Positions 37,283 to 45,865 of a DNA stretch of 64,000 nucleotides are shown in pieces. The notes below the pieces were generated by a model, which worked only from the letters and a program-made list of their open reading frames with translations, was not told where the DNA came from and did no database searches. Position 1 is the first letter of the stretch, and the number at the start of each line of letters is the position of its first letter. The stretch covers positions 4,544,001 through 4,608,000 of the forward strand of contig CAWAIF010000003.1 of assembly GCA_963782055.1 (NCBI GenBank), in the 5' to 3' direction. Source of the DNA: an uncultured delta proteobacterium (GTDB taxonomy: Bacteria; Myxococcota_A; Polyangia; Polyangiales; Polyangiaceae). A program made the translations under genes and the position numbers.

Positions 37283-37756
37283 TCACGTGCCGGGGCGCGG
37301 GGGATGCAGCCGGAGGCTGTCCAGGCTGAAGGGGCCCGCACCGAAGTGGGAGATGAGCAGCGCGCCGCCCAGCAGGCCCAGGTTCTTCATGAACTGCACC
37401 TGCTGCATCATGCGGGCGGCCGCGTCGGTCTCCCGCCAGAAGGCGTGCATCATCACCGTCACCGGCACGAGGAACAGCACCAGGAGCCAGGCTCCGAGTC
37501 GCGCCTCGAAGCCGATGAGGATGCTGACCCCACCCGCCAGGGCGAGCATGCCGGCGAGGGGCACCAGCAGACCCGGCAGCGGGACGCCCTTGCCACCGGC
37601 GTACGCGATGGTCTCCTGCGAGAAGTTGCTGAACGACGCGATGATGAAGAGCGCCGCGTAGCACAGCCGGCCGAGCGGCACGATCCAGCGCGTCGCCTCG
37701 GTGCGCTTGCTGCCGCGCACCAGGATCCGCTCGTGCTCGAGAACGTGGGTGGTCAT
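37283..37756 (-). CDS. DoxX family membrane protein
   Basis: AAGGAG SD; GR...ALF, LFLVPVT..MHAFW, FMKNL.LLGG, GAGPFSLD. Confidence 0.92.
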   Translation of the reverse strand: MTTHVLEHERILVRGSKRTEATRWIVPLGRLCYAALFIIASFSNFSQETIAYAGGKGVPLPGLLVPLAGMLALAGGVSILIGFEARLGAWLLVLFLVPVTVMMHAFWRETDAAARMMQQVQFMKNLGLLGGALLISHFGAGPFSLDSLRLHPPRPGT

Positions 37757-37904
37757 GATCAGCTCCTTTTCCCCTCCCTGCGAGTCTCCGGGGTTGCCTG
37801 GCAAAAATTCGGGCGCTGACGGAGGCGTCGCAAGACCTCACGCACCTCTTTCACGGCAGAAGTTGCGCCCTCCGGCGCGCGGCTCGGGTACCCTGCATCG
37901 GACG

Positions 37905-40760
37905 ATGAGCGCGCGGGTCCTGCTGCTCGACGACGACGCGCACTTCGCCCTGGAGCTGAAGCAAGGGCTGGAGCGGCTGGGCGGTGACGTGTCCATCGTG
38001 CGCGAGGGCAACGCGGGACTGGCGCGCGCCGTCTCCGATCACTTCGACCTCTTCGTGCTCTCGGCCGAGCTGGCGGGCATGAACGGCTTCCGCCTGTGCA
38101 ACCGTATCAAGCGCGACCCGACGGCCAAGAACACCCCGCTCTTCCTGCTCTCCCGCGAGGCGTCGGAGAGCTCGCTGGAGGAGCACCAGCGGCTGCCGAC
38201 GCGCGCCGACGCGTACTTCCGCCTCCCCGTCCCGGTCGAGGAGGTGGTGGCCCACGCGCGCTCGCGTGTGCCCGCCTTCGGCGCGGTGCCGCACCCGCCG
38301 CGGGCACCCGCCGCCCTCCAGGGCGCGGGCATGCGCGAGCAGATCGCCGCGGCGCAGGCGCAGATCGCCGCGGTGGACCAGCTCCGCGCGCAGCTCGGCG
38401 TGCTGGAGGGACGCAACGCGACGCTCAGCAAGGAGCTGGCGGAGGCGCGCGCGGCGCTCGAGCAATCGGAGGCGCGCGTCGCGCCCCGGCCGCCGCCGCT
38501 GCCGCGCGACAAGGAGCGCGTGGAGCTCGCCGCGCGCTTCCGCAAGCTGGAGACGGAGCTCGGGGAGCTGCGCCGCACGCGTCACGAGAGCGAGCGCGCG
38601 GCGCACGAGGCGCACGACAGGGCGGCCGCCGCGGAGCGCGCGGCGGCGAAGGCCGAGCGCGAGCTCGGGACGCTGCGGTCGCGCAGCGCGGACCTGGACC
38701 GGAAGGAGGGCGCGGCGCGGCGCGGCGAGGAGCAGGCGCAGAAGCGCGCGGCGGACCTGCAGGAGCGGCTGGAGCGGAAGAACGAGCAGCTCCGTGCGCT
38801 CTCCGCCGAGCTGACGACCTCGCAGCAGGCGCACGCGGGCGCGAGCGAGGCGCTGGCGCGCGCGGTGGCCGACGCGGTGGAGCCGCTGCGGCGCAAGCTG
38901 GCCGAGCTGGAAGACCGACGGCGCGAGCAGGAGCGAGCCCACAGCGAGGCCCTCTCCATCATCCGGGCGGATCGCGACGCGCTTCGCTCGGACCTGGAGG
39001 CAACACGCGCCGCGCCGCCCAGCGACGCGGCGGGTGTGCTGGAGGCGGAGCGGCAGCGCGCGCGGGCGCTCGAGGAGACGCTCGAGGCGGAGCGGGCCGG
39101 GCGCGCCGCGGAGGACGACGAGCACGAGCAGACCATCGCGGCGGCGGAGGCCCGCGCGGCCAAGCTGCAATCGGAGCTGGACGAGGCGGCGCGGCGCGCC
39201 GCGGAGGACGAGACGACGCGGGTCGCAGCTCTGGAGGGTGAGCTCGGGACCGCGCGCGACGAGGCCCGCGCGCTCGCCGACCGCGTCCGGGAGCTGGAGC
39301 GCGCCGCGGGGGACGCGGGCGCGCGCACCGCGGAGAGCCACCGTGGCGTCGAGGAGGCGCTCGCCTCGGCCCAGGCGGCGGCGCGCGAGCGGGAGAGCGC
39401 GCTGGAGGAGCGGCTGCGGGAGGCCGAGCAGCGGCACGTGCACGAGCTGGCCTCCCTACGCGAGGCGAACGACAAGAAGACCGGCGCTCTGGCGGCGTCC
39501 GCCGGCGCCGAGCAGCGCGCCCGGGAGAGCGCCGCAGAGCTGGAGCGCGCCGTCGCGGAGGCCCGCGGCCAGGCGGAGGCCGCCGAGCGTGCCGCCACCG
39601 AGGCTCGCTCGGCGCAGCGCGCCGCCGCGATGGACCTGGAGCGCGCGCGCTCGGAGCACGGCGTGGCCGTCTCGGCGCTGCAGCGCGAGGTCGCGGCGCT
39701 GCGGGCGGAGGCGGACGCCGCGCACCTGACCGTCGCCACCACGACGACCGAGATGCACGCGCAGCTCGGCGAGGCCACGCACGCGCGCACCCGCTCGGAG
39801 GCGGAGCGAAGGCGGCTGGAGCTGCGCTACACCGACGCCCGCAAGCGCCTGGACGCCACACACGCGCGCCTGGCGGAGGAGCTCGACCGCGCCGCAGCGC
39901 TGCGGGCGGCCCACACCGCCGCGCGCAAGCGGTGGGACGCCGAGCGCAAGGTGATGGACGGACGCCTCCGCGAGGCGCACGAGGCGCAGCAGGCCGCGGA
40001 GGCGAAGGCGGCGGGGCCCGCGGCGGAGGCGACCGCGGAGATCGCCCGGCTCCGCGGCGCGCAGCAGCGCCTCGAGGAGCAGGCAGAGGAGCGCGACGGC
40101 AAGCTCCGGGAGGCGGAGCGCGCCCTCGCGGAGGCCACCAAGGAGCTCGCGCTCGAGCGGGAGCGCACCGCCGCGCGTGCGGGGGGCGAGGCCGAGCGGG
40201 TCCGCAAGGAGACAGTCGCCAAGCTGACGGCGGACTACGAGCGCTGGCTCGATCAGGAGCTACGCGAGCGCATGGCGCGGGCCACCGCGGAGCGCGACGA
40301 GCGGGTGGCGGCGCTGGAGGCGGAGGCGCAGTCGGCGCACGCCCGCGCCGCCGCCGTGGTGGCGGAGAAAGGGGCTGCGGAGGCGGCGGCGCTGCGCACC
40401 ACCCTCGCGGAGGCGGAGGCCGGCCTCGCGCGCGCCCGCTCCGCGCTCGACGCCGAGCGTCGCGAGCGCATGGCGGAGGAGGCGGAGAGCGCGGCGCGCG
40501 TGGAGGAGCTGGAGACCAGCCTGGCGGCGCGCGGCGGCGAGCTGGACGCGCAGCGCACCGACGCCGAGCGCGCGCGCCGCGAGGTGGGCGAGCTGGAGGC
40601 GGAGATCGCGGCGCTGCGCGCGGAGCTCGTCACCGTCCGCACCTCCCTGCAGAACGAGCTCGCCGTCGCCCGCGCCGCGCGCGAGGAGCTGGAGCGCCAC
40701 AAGGCGGTGCTGGAGCAAGCCCGCGCCCTCCTCCACGCGGGCGACCCACCCGAGGAGTGA
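37905..40760 (+). CDS. Pseudo-receiver domain + long coiled-coil protein (AglZ/FrzS-like architecture)
   Basis: VLLLDDD...DLFVLSAELAGMNGF...TPLFLLS, with Ser at the phospho-Asp position, followed by ~800 aa of Ala/Glu/Arg heptads. Confidence 0.85.
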   Translation: MSARVLLLDDDAHFALELKQGLERLGGDVSIVREGNAGLARAVSDHFDLFVLSAELAGMNGFRLCNRIKRDPTAKNTPLFLLSREASESSLEEHQRLPTRADAYFRLPVPVEEVVAHARSRVPAFGAVPHPPRAPAALQGAGMREQIAAAQAQIAAVDQLRAQLGVLEGRNATLSKELAEARAALEQSEARVAPRPPPLPRDKERVELAARFRKLETELGELRRTRHESERAAHEAHDRAAAAERAAAKAERELGTLRSRSADLDRKEGAARRGEEQAQKRAADLQERLERKNEQLRALSAELTTSQQAHAGASEALARAVADAVEPLRRKLAELEDRRREQERAHSEALSIIRADRDALRSDLEATRAAPPSDAAGVLEAERQRARALEETLEAERAGRAAEDDEHEQTIAAAEARAAKLQSELDEAARRAAEDETTRVAALEGELGTARDEARALADRVRELERAAGDAGARTAESHRGVEEALASAQAAARERESALEERLREAEQRHVHELASLREANDKKTGALAASAGAEQRARESAAELERAVAEARGQAEAAERAATEARSAQRAAAMDLERARSEHGVAVSALQREVAALRAEADAAHLTVATTTTEMHAQLGEATHARTRSEAERRRLELRYTDARKRLDATHARLAEELDRAAALRAAHTAARKRWDAERKVMDGRLREAHEAQQAAEAKAAGPAAEATAEIARLRGAQQRLEEQAEERDGKLREAERALAEATKELALERERTAARAGGEAERVRKETVAKLTADYERWLDQELRERMARATAERDERVAALEAEAQSAHARAAAVVAEKGAAEAAALRTTLAEAEAGLARARSALDAERRERMAEEAESAARVEELETSLAARGGELDAQRTDAERARREVGELEAEIAALRAELVTVRTSLQNELAVARAAREELERHKAVLEQARALLHAGDPPEE

Positions 40761-40785
40761 CTCAGCCCGACGCGGGCGGAGGGCC

Positions 40786-42789
40786 TCAATCGCAGCGCTC
40801 GAGGAACTTCCCGCAGGGCTTCTTGTGGTGGGTCGCCTTGGTGGTGGCCGCGCGTGAGAGCTTCACGTGGAACGTCGTCGCCTTGTTGCGCGGCGTCACG
40901 ATGCGGTGGATCTGCGTGCCGTAGCCCGTCTTGCGCACCAGCAGCATGTGGTAGCCCGGCTTGATCAGGAAGGGCTTGTCCTTCTTGAAGATGGTGAAGC
41001 CGTCGATGCGGACCTCGTCGCAGCCCGGATCGCACGTCACGTAGAGGCTGGTGCCCTTGGGCGCCGGCGGCGGGGCCGCCTCCGCGGCCGCGTCCGGCAC
41101 GTCCGGATCGGCGGCGGCGATGGACGCCGACGGGTCCGGCGCCGCCGAGGCGGTGGCGCTCGCCGACGTGGCGGGCGGAGGCTCCAGCGCGGCGACCGAG
41201 GACGCCTGCGGCGCGACGGCGGCGGAGGCCGCGCTCGGCGGCCCGCTCGCCGTCGTGGCGCTCGCGATGCTCGCGGCGGGCGCGGCCGTGTGGTGCAGCG
41301 CGACCGCGGCCACGCCGACGCCGATCACGCACGCCACGGCGAAGCCCGCGAGCACCGCGACGAGGCGGCGGCAATCCCGCGGCCTGCGCGAGGTGACGGG
41401 CAATGGCTCGGCGTCGGCCGCGCTGGGCGCGAAGGCCCCGAAGAGCGGCTGCGCCGGCACCGGCCCGGAGGACTCCACGTGGTCGACGATGGGGGCCAGC
41501 ACCGGCGGGCCCATGCCCGGAGGCGACGCCGGAGGCGCAGCCAGCGGCGACTGCAGGGGGACCGTCGCGGACCCCACGCGCGGCGCCGGCGCGGCGGGAG
41601 GCGGCGGCGCGGGCGCGGGCGGGGTGTCGAAGATGGAAGGCGGCGCGGGGGGCAGCGGCGCCAGGAAATCGGGCGGCGGCGGGACCGACGCCGGCTTGGG
41701 CGGCTCCTCCGCCTTCACCTCCTCCGGTCTGGGCGGCTCCACCTCCGTCGGCGCCTCCGGAGGGAACACCGGCGCCGCGACAATCTCCGTCTGCTCCGTC
41801 GACGGCTCCGGCGCGGGCGCGGCCTCCGGCGCCTGCGGCGCGGGGAACGCCATCTGCGTGCGCATCCGCGGCCGCATCGCCTGCGCGCCGGACGGCACCG
41901 GGGGGCGCGGCACGGGCGGCGGCTCAGGCACCGCCCGGGCCGCCGGGGCGACCGCGGCCGCCGGGGCGGGTGGCGCCACCGATCGCGCGGGACCGAGCCC
42001 GACGGCCTGCGCCACCGCGAGCCACAGCTCGCGCACGCTGGCGTGACGCGCCGTGGGATCGAGGGCCATCGCCCGCGCGATCTCGGCGTCGACGCGCGCA
42101 TCGACGGCCAGCCCCTCGCCCTGCGCGTGATGCGACGCCCCGGCGACCGCCTCCTGCGGGGTGAGCGTGCGGCGCGTCAGCGCGAAGTAGAGCAGCACCG
42201 CCGACGCGAACACGTCGGCCGTGGCGGTCGGCGCCGGACCCTCGCCGCGCAGCTCCGGCGCGAGGTAGCGATCCGAGCTCTCGGCCTCGGTGCGCGTCGC
42301 CTGCGCGACGAAGTCCCCGACGCGCACCGCCCACTGCGGCGCCGGCCCCACGAAGACGTTGCCCGGGTGCAGCGAGAGGTGAAGCAGGGTCCGCGACGAT
42401 GCCTCGTCGAGCACCTCCGCCAGGTGCTCGAGCACCTTGACGGCGTCGGGCATGGCGAGGGGGCACAGCTCCACGAGCTGCGAGAGCGAGGGCCACGAGC
42501 AGAGCTCGCTCACCACGATGGGGCTCCCCGTCGCCGGGTCGAACACCACCTCCAGCGTGCGCACCACGTGGGCGTCGGAGAGCCCGTTCTCCAGGGCGAC
42601 CACGCGCTGCAGCGCATCCATCACCGCCGGCCGCTCGCGCAGCGCGGCGTCGTGGACCTTGAGCACCACCTCGCGCGAGGGCGCGGTGACGGCCTCGTAG
42701 GTGGCGACGTGCTCGGTCCGTCCGAGCTGCCCGCGCACCGTATAGCGCTGCGCCACGATCTGACCGGGCGCGAGCTCGGGAACGGTCAC
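40786..42789 (-). CDS. Ser/Thr kinase-like pseudokinase with Pro-rich linker, TM helix and PEGA-like C-terminal domain
   Basis: VVLK, HLSLHPGN (in place of HRD), GDFV, YLAPEL, ADVFA; GTG overlaps the upstream stop. Confidence 0.82.
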   Translation of the reverse strand: MTVPELAPGQIVAQRYTVRGQLGRTEHVATYEAVTAPSREVVLKVHDAALRERPAVMDALQRVVALENGLSDAHVVRTLEVVFDPATGSPIVVSELCSWPSLSQLVELCPLAMPDAVKVLEHLAEVLDEASSRTLLHLSLHPGNVFVGPAPQWAVRVGDFVAQATRTEAESSDRYLAPELRGEGPAPTATADVFASAVLLYFALTRRTLTPQEAVAGASHHAQGEGLAVDARVDAEIARAMALDPTARHASVRELWLAVAQAVGLGPARSVAPPAPAAAVAPAARAVPEPPPVPRPPVPSGAQAMRPRMRTQMAFPAPQAPEAAPAPEPSTEQTEIVAAPVFPPEAPTEVEPPRPEEVKAEEPPKPASVPPPPDFLAPLPPAPPSIFDTPPAPAPPPPAAPAPRVGSATVPLQSPLAAPPASPPGMGPPVLAPIVDHVESSGPVPAQPLFGAFAPSAADAEPLPVTSRRPRDCRRLVAVLAGFAVACVIGVGVAAVALHHTAAPAASIASATTASGPPSAASAAVAPQASSVAALEPPPATSASATASAAPDPSASIAAADPDVPDAAAEAAPPPAPKGTSLYVTCDPGCDEVRIDGFTIFKKDKPFLIKPGYHMLLVRKTGYGTQIHRIVTPRNKATTFHVKLSRAATTKATHHKKPCGKFLERCD

Positions 42790-43457
42790 GGCCCGCTCCA
42801 GCCTTCCGAGATGTCGTCGTCGGTCAATCCGTCGGCCCCCGCGTCTGCCGCGCCTGCAGGCCGGTGCAGCGACTGGAGGGCCTGCAAGATGGCGCCGTCG
42901 GCGTTGGTCTTGTCGTCGTCGAACACGAACGCCGCGCCGGCGAGGCCCGTGCCCTTCTTCATCGGCGCGTTGACGAGCAGCAGCGCGCCCGCCTTGCCCT
43001 GCCGCGTGGCGTCCACCTGGAAGAGCTGGAGGTGGAGCTTGCCCACCTGAAGCTTCTTCTTTGGCTTGCGCGGCAGGTGGAGCTTCTTCTTCTTGAGGGT
43101 GATCTCGCCGCGGTCGAGGAGCGCGGTGAGCGCGAAGTCTCGCGACGCGCGCGTGGCCTTGGGCGCGCCCTCGTAGCGCGTGAGGAGCAGCACGCCGCCG
43201 CTGGTGGAGGCGACGGTGACCGAGGGCTCCTGCGCGTAGGTCCAGCCCTCCGGCACCGCGATGGACCAGCCGGAGTCGACGACGCGCGCCTGCGTCCCCT
43301 CCTTGGCCACGCACCCCTCGCTGATCGCCTCGCACTTGGGCGGCGGGGGCGGCGGCGCGGGCTTCGCCGGCGGGGGCGGCGGCGGCGGGGGCGGGGGGGC
43401 GTGACCGCACGCCTGCGCCGCCACGAGCAAGACGATGACGCGAAGGGCGCGCCTCAC
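42786..43457 (-). CDS. Hypothetical lipoprotein
   Basis: GTGA overlap with the DUF4388-like gene; signal ending AQAC, polyproline, CEAISEGC. Confidence 0.75.
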   Translation of the reverse strand: MRRALRVIVLLVAAQACGHAPPPPPPPPPPAKPAPPPPPPKCEAISEGCVAKEGTQARVVDSGWSIAVPEGWTYAQEPSVTVASTSGGVLLLTRYEGAPKATRASRDFALTALLDRGEITLKKKKLHLPRKPKKKLQVGKLHLQLFQVDATRQGKAGALLLVNAPMKKGTGLAGAAFVFDDDKTNADGAILQALQSLHRPAGAADAGADGLTDDDISEGWSGP

Positions 43458-44740
43458 TTCGACCTGCTCCCGGGGCCAAGGCCGCTGGTGCTGGGGGCGA
43501 TGGGCTCGAGCACCGCGGCCACCCGCCGCGAGACACGCTGCGAGGGGGGCGGCGGCTCCTTGCGCGCCGCGTACGCCCGGTGGAGATGAGGCCTCGCCAG
43601 GAACATGGCGTACGACGCCAGCTCGTGGAGCCAGCGCTGGAGCTGGGCGCGCGAGGCGGCCGGGTCGGGCTGCGCCTCCAGGTTGATGGCGACACGGACG
43701 GCGTTGAGGGTGCCGTCGTCCGCCGGGCCGGCGCCGTCGAGCACAGCCGCGTACGCCGCGCCCCGGGCGAACCGGGCGAGCTGGGGACGCACGTCGTCCC
43801 CGACGTCCATGGCGTCGAGCTCGCGCATGATCATGGCGACGGCCTGATTGTACACCCCAACGGTGCCGGTCACGTCCAGCCTCGGCGGCCCCACGCTCAC
43901 GAGGCCCGCGCCGATGAGCTGCAGCAGGGCGCGCTGCACGTCCAGCTCGCTCTCCCCGAGCGCGCGACACATCTCCTCGACCGAGCGCGCGCCGTCCACC
44001 GCGGCGTAGACGCCGTGCGGGTCCTGCTCCGGCGCCTTCCGCCCCGTCGTGCGCGCGGGCACGTGCTGGAGCGAGGGGATGCGCGCGCGGAAGTAGCGCT
44101 CCTCGTGCATGCGCCGCACGCCCTCGCGCACCAGGCCGGAGACGGGCAAGAGCTGGCGCGAGGGGAGCGTGCGCTCGTCGAAACCGTCGACGAAATAGTA
44201 GACGCCCTCGGCGATGAGCAGGGCGCCGTGGAAGATCTCCTCCACCTGGCGGGCCATGGCGCGAAAGAGCTGCTCGTGCGTCAGGAAGCCCAGCTTCACC
44301 GCGGCCTCGCCGAAGCGCAGGGCGCTGGACGCCGCCTCCGAGCAGGCCTCCACGCGCTCGCGTGTCAGCAGACCGTAGCGCTCGAGCACCTGGCCGAGCC
44401 GCTCGCGGCCCACGGTGGACGAGGCCGCGACGACGTGACCCTGCTCGAGCAGGATGGAGCGCACGCCCTCGGCGTCATGGACGAAGAGCTCCCCGCGCTG
44501 GCCGCTCTGCCCGAGGAAGGTCGCCACGTCGCAGAGGGCGCCGGGCGCCACGACCTCCCCGAGCAGCAGGCAGCGCCTCCCGCCGGTGCGGCGGCGCAGC
44601 ACCACGAGCCCCGCCGGCGAGGGCAACACGCCGTAGCGTCCCGCGTGCGCCTGCAGGCGAGCGATCGCCCCCACGCCGAGGGGGTGCGCGACACCCTCGT
44701 CGTCGATCTCGACCGCAAGATCCTCGCTCCGGTGCACCAT
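43454..44740 (-). CDS. DUF4388-like domain protein
   Basis: LLGEV...DV..FL......GEL......RSI..EQG.VVAASS..RLG..L...G pattern, followed by a winged-helix-like segment (VDGARSVEE). Confidence 0.8.
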   Translation of the reverse strand: MVHRSEDLAVEIDDEGVAHPLGVGAIARLQAHAGRYGVLPSPAGLVVLRRRTGGRRCLLLGEVVAPGALCDVATFLGQSGQRGELFVHDAEGVRSILLEQGHVVAASSTVGRERLGQVLERYGLLTRERVEACSEAASSALRFGEAAVKLGFLTHEQLFRAMARQVEEIFHGALLIAEGVYYFVDGFDERTLPSRQLLPVSGLVREGVRRMHEERYFRARIPSLQHVPARTTGRKAPEQDPHGVYAAVDGARSVEEMCRALGESELDVQRALLQLIGAGLVSVGPPRLDVTGTVGVYNQAVAMIMRELDAMDVGDDVRPQLARFARGAAYAAVLDGAGPADDGTLNAVRVAINLEAQPDPAASRAQLQRWLHELASYAMFLARPHLHRAYAARKEPPPPSQRVSRRVAAVLEPIAPSTSGLGPGSRSK

Positions 44741-44808
44741 CTGGGCCGCCGGAAGCCTATCACCCCCGACGCTTGACGGTCTCAACCATCGCCCGCGGGC
44801 TGGCGCTC

Positions 44809-45822
44809 TCAGGGCCCGAAGGCGACGCCGCGGGGGTCCTGGATGCCGCCGTCGGAGGGCGGGATGACCACGCTGGTGGTGGTGAAGGAAGGAGCGGCGA
44901 ACACGAGCAGCCCCGCGGTGTGATCGGCCACGGCGAGGTTGGATCCGACGAAGGTGATGCGCTCGGGAGAGGTCACCGAGCCGAGGGCGAGGGGCGTGGA
45001 GCCGTTCTTGAACGGGCTGGGGAACTTGCCCAGCTTGTTGGGCGTGTAGTTGACGGCGAAGAGGGTGCCCTGGTGCGCGACGAGGCCGGTCGGGAAGGTG
45101 TAGGCGGTGTTGGTCACCGCCGGCGTGCTCTGCGCCGTCACCGGGGCGGCGTAGACGTAGATCCCTCCGTTGCCGTAGCCGCCGACGTACAGGTTGTCGC
45201 TGGAGTCGAGCGTGACCGCGAAGGCGTTGCCCTTCGGCAGGGTCAGGGAGAGCGATTTCGTCGAGCTGCTCGTGAGCGGCGCGTCGAACTTCTCCACCAC
45301 GCCGCCCAGGCCGCCGACCCAGAAGTTGCCCTTGGTGTCGAAGTGACCGTCGTCCATCCCGGCGTTGTCGAGCGGGATGGTGACGACCGGCGCGCTGCTG
45401 GCGGTGAGGGGGAGGTCGAAGACGAGGAGCTTCGACGCGCCTCGATCCACGACGAGGATCTCCTTGCCGGAGGGGACGATGGCGACGTCGCTCGGCCCCT
45501 GGAGGCCCTTGGTGAGCACGACCGAGGGCGTCGAGCTGCTGGTGATGGGCATCTCGAACACCAGGACGGCGCCGCCGGGGCCGCCGTTGGCGAAGTTGGT
45601 CACGTAGACGTGCGCGGGGGCCGGCGGGCCCGCGTCGGCGTCGGTCCCCGTGTCCCCGCCTCCGTCCACCGTCACGCCCGTGTCGACGGCGACGTCCGCG
45701 CTGACGTCGGACCCGGCGTCACCCCCGCCGCCGGTGGGGTCGACGGTGGAGCCCACGCACGCCCAGAGCGTCCCCGTCACCACGGCGCAGCCCACCAGCG
45801 CCGCCCCTCGAAGCATCCTCAT
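44809..45822 (-). CDS. Lipoprotein with NHL-like beta-propeller
   Basis: Signal ending LWAC-VGS, DAG linker, repeats GPSDVAI, FDTKGNFWV, LDSSDNLYV, DPRGVAF. Confidence 0.82.
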   Translation of the reverse strand: MRMLRGAALVGCAVVTGTLWACVGSTVDPTGGGGDAGSDVSADVAVDTGVTVDGGGDTGTDADAGPPAPAHVYVTNFANGGPGGAVLVFEMPITSSSTPSVVLTKGLQGPSDVAIVPSGKEILVVDRGASKLLVFDLPLTASSAPVVTIPLDNAGMDDGHFDTKGNFWVGGLGGVVEKFDAPLTSSSTKSLSLTLPKGNAFAVTLDSSDNLYVGGYGNGGIYVYAAPVTAQSTPAVTNTAYTFPTGLVAHQGTLFAVNYTPNKLGKFPSPFKNGSTPLALGSVTSPERITFVGSNLAVADHTAGLLVFAAPSFTTTSVVIPPSDGGIQDPRGVAFGP

Positions 45823-45865
45823 TCCGGTACGGATAGGCGCGGCTCAGCGAGGCGTCAAGCAAGGG

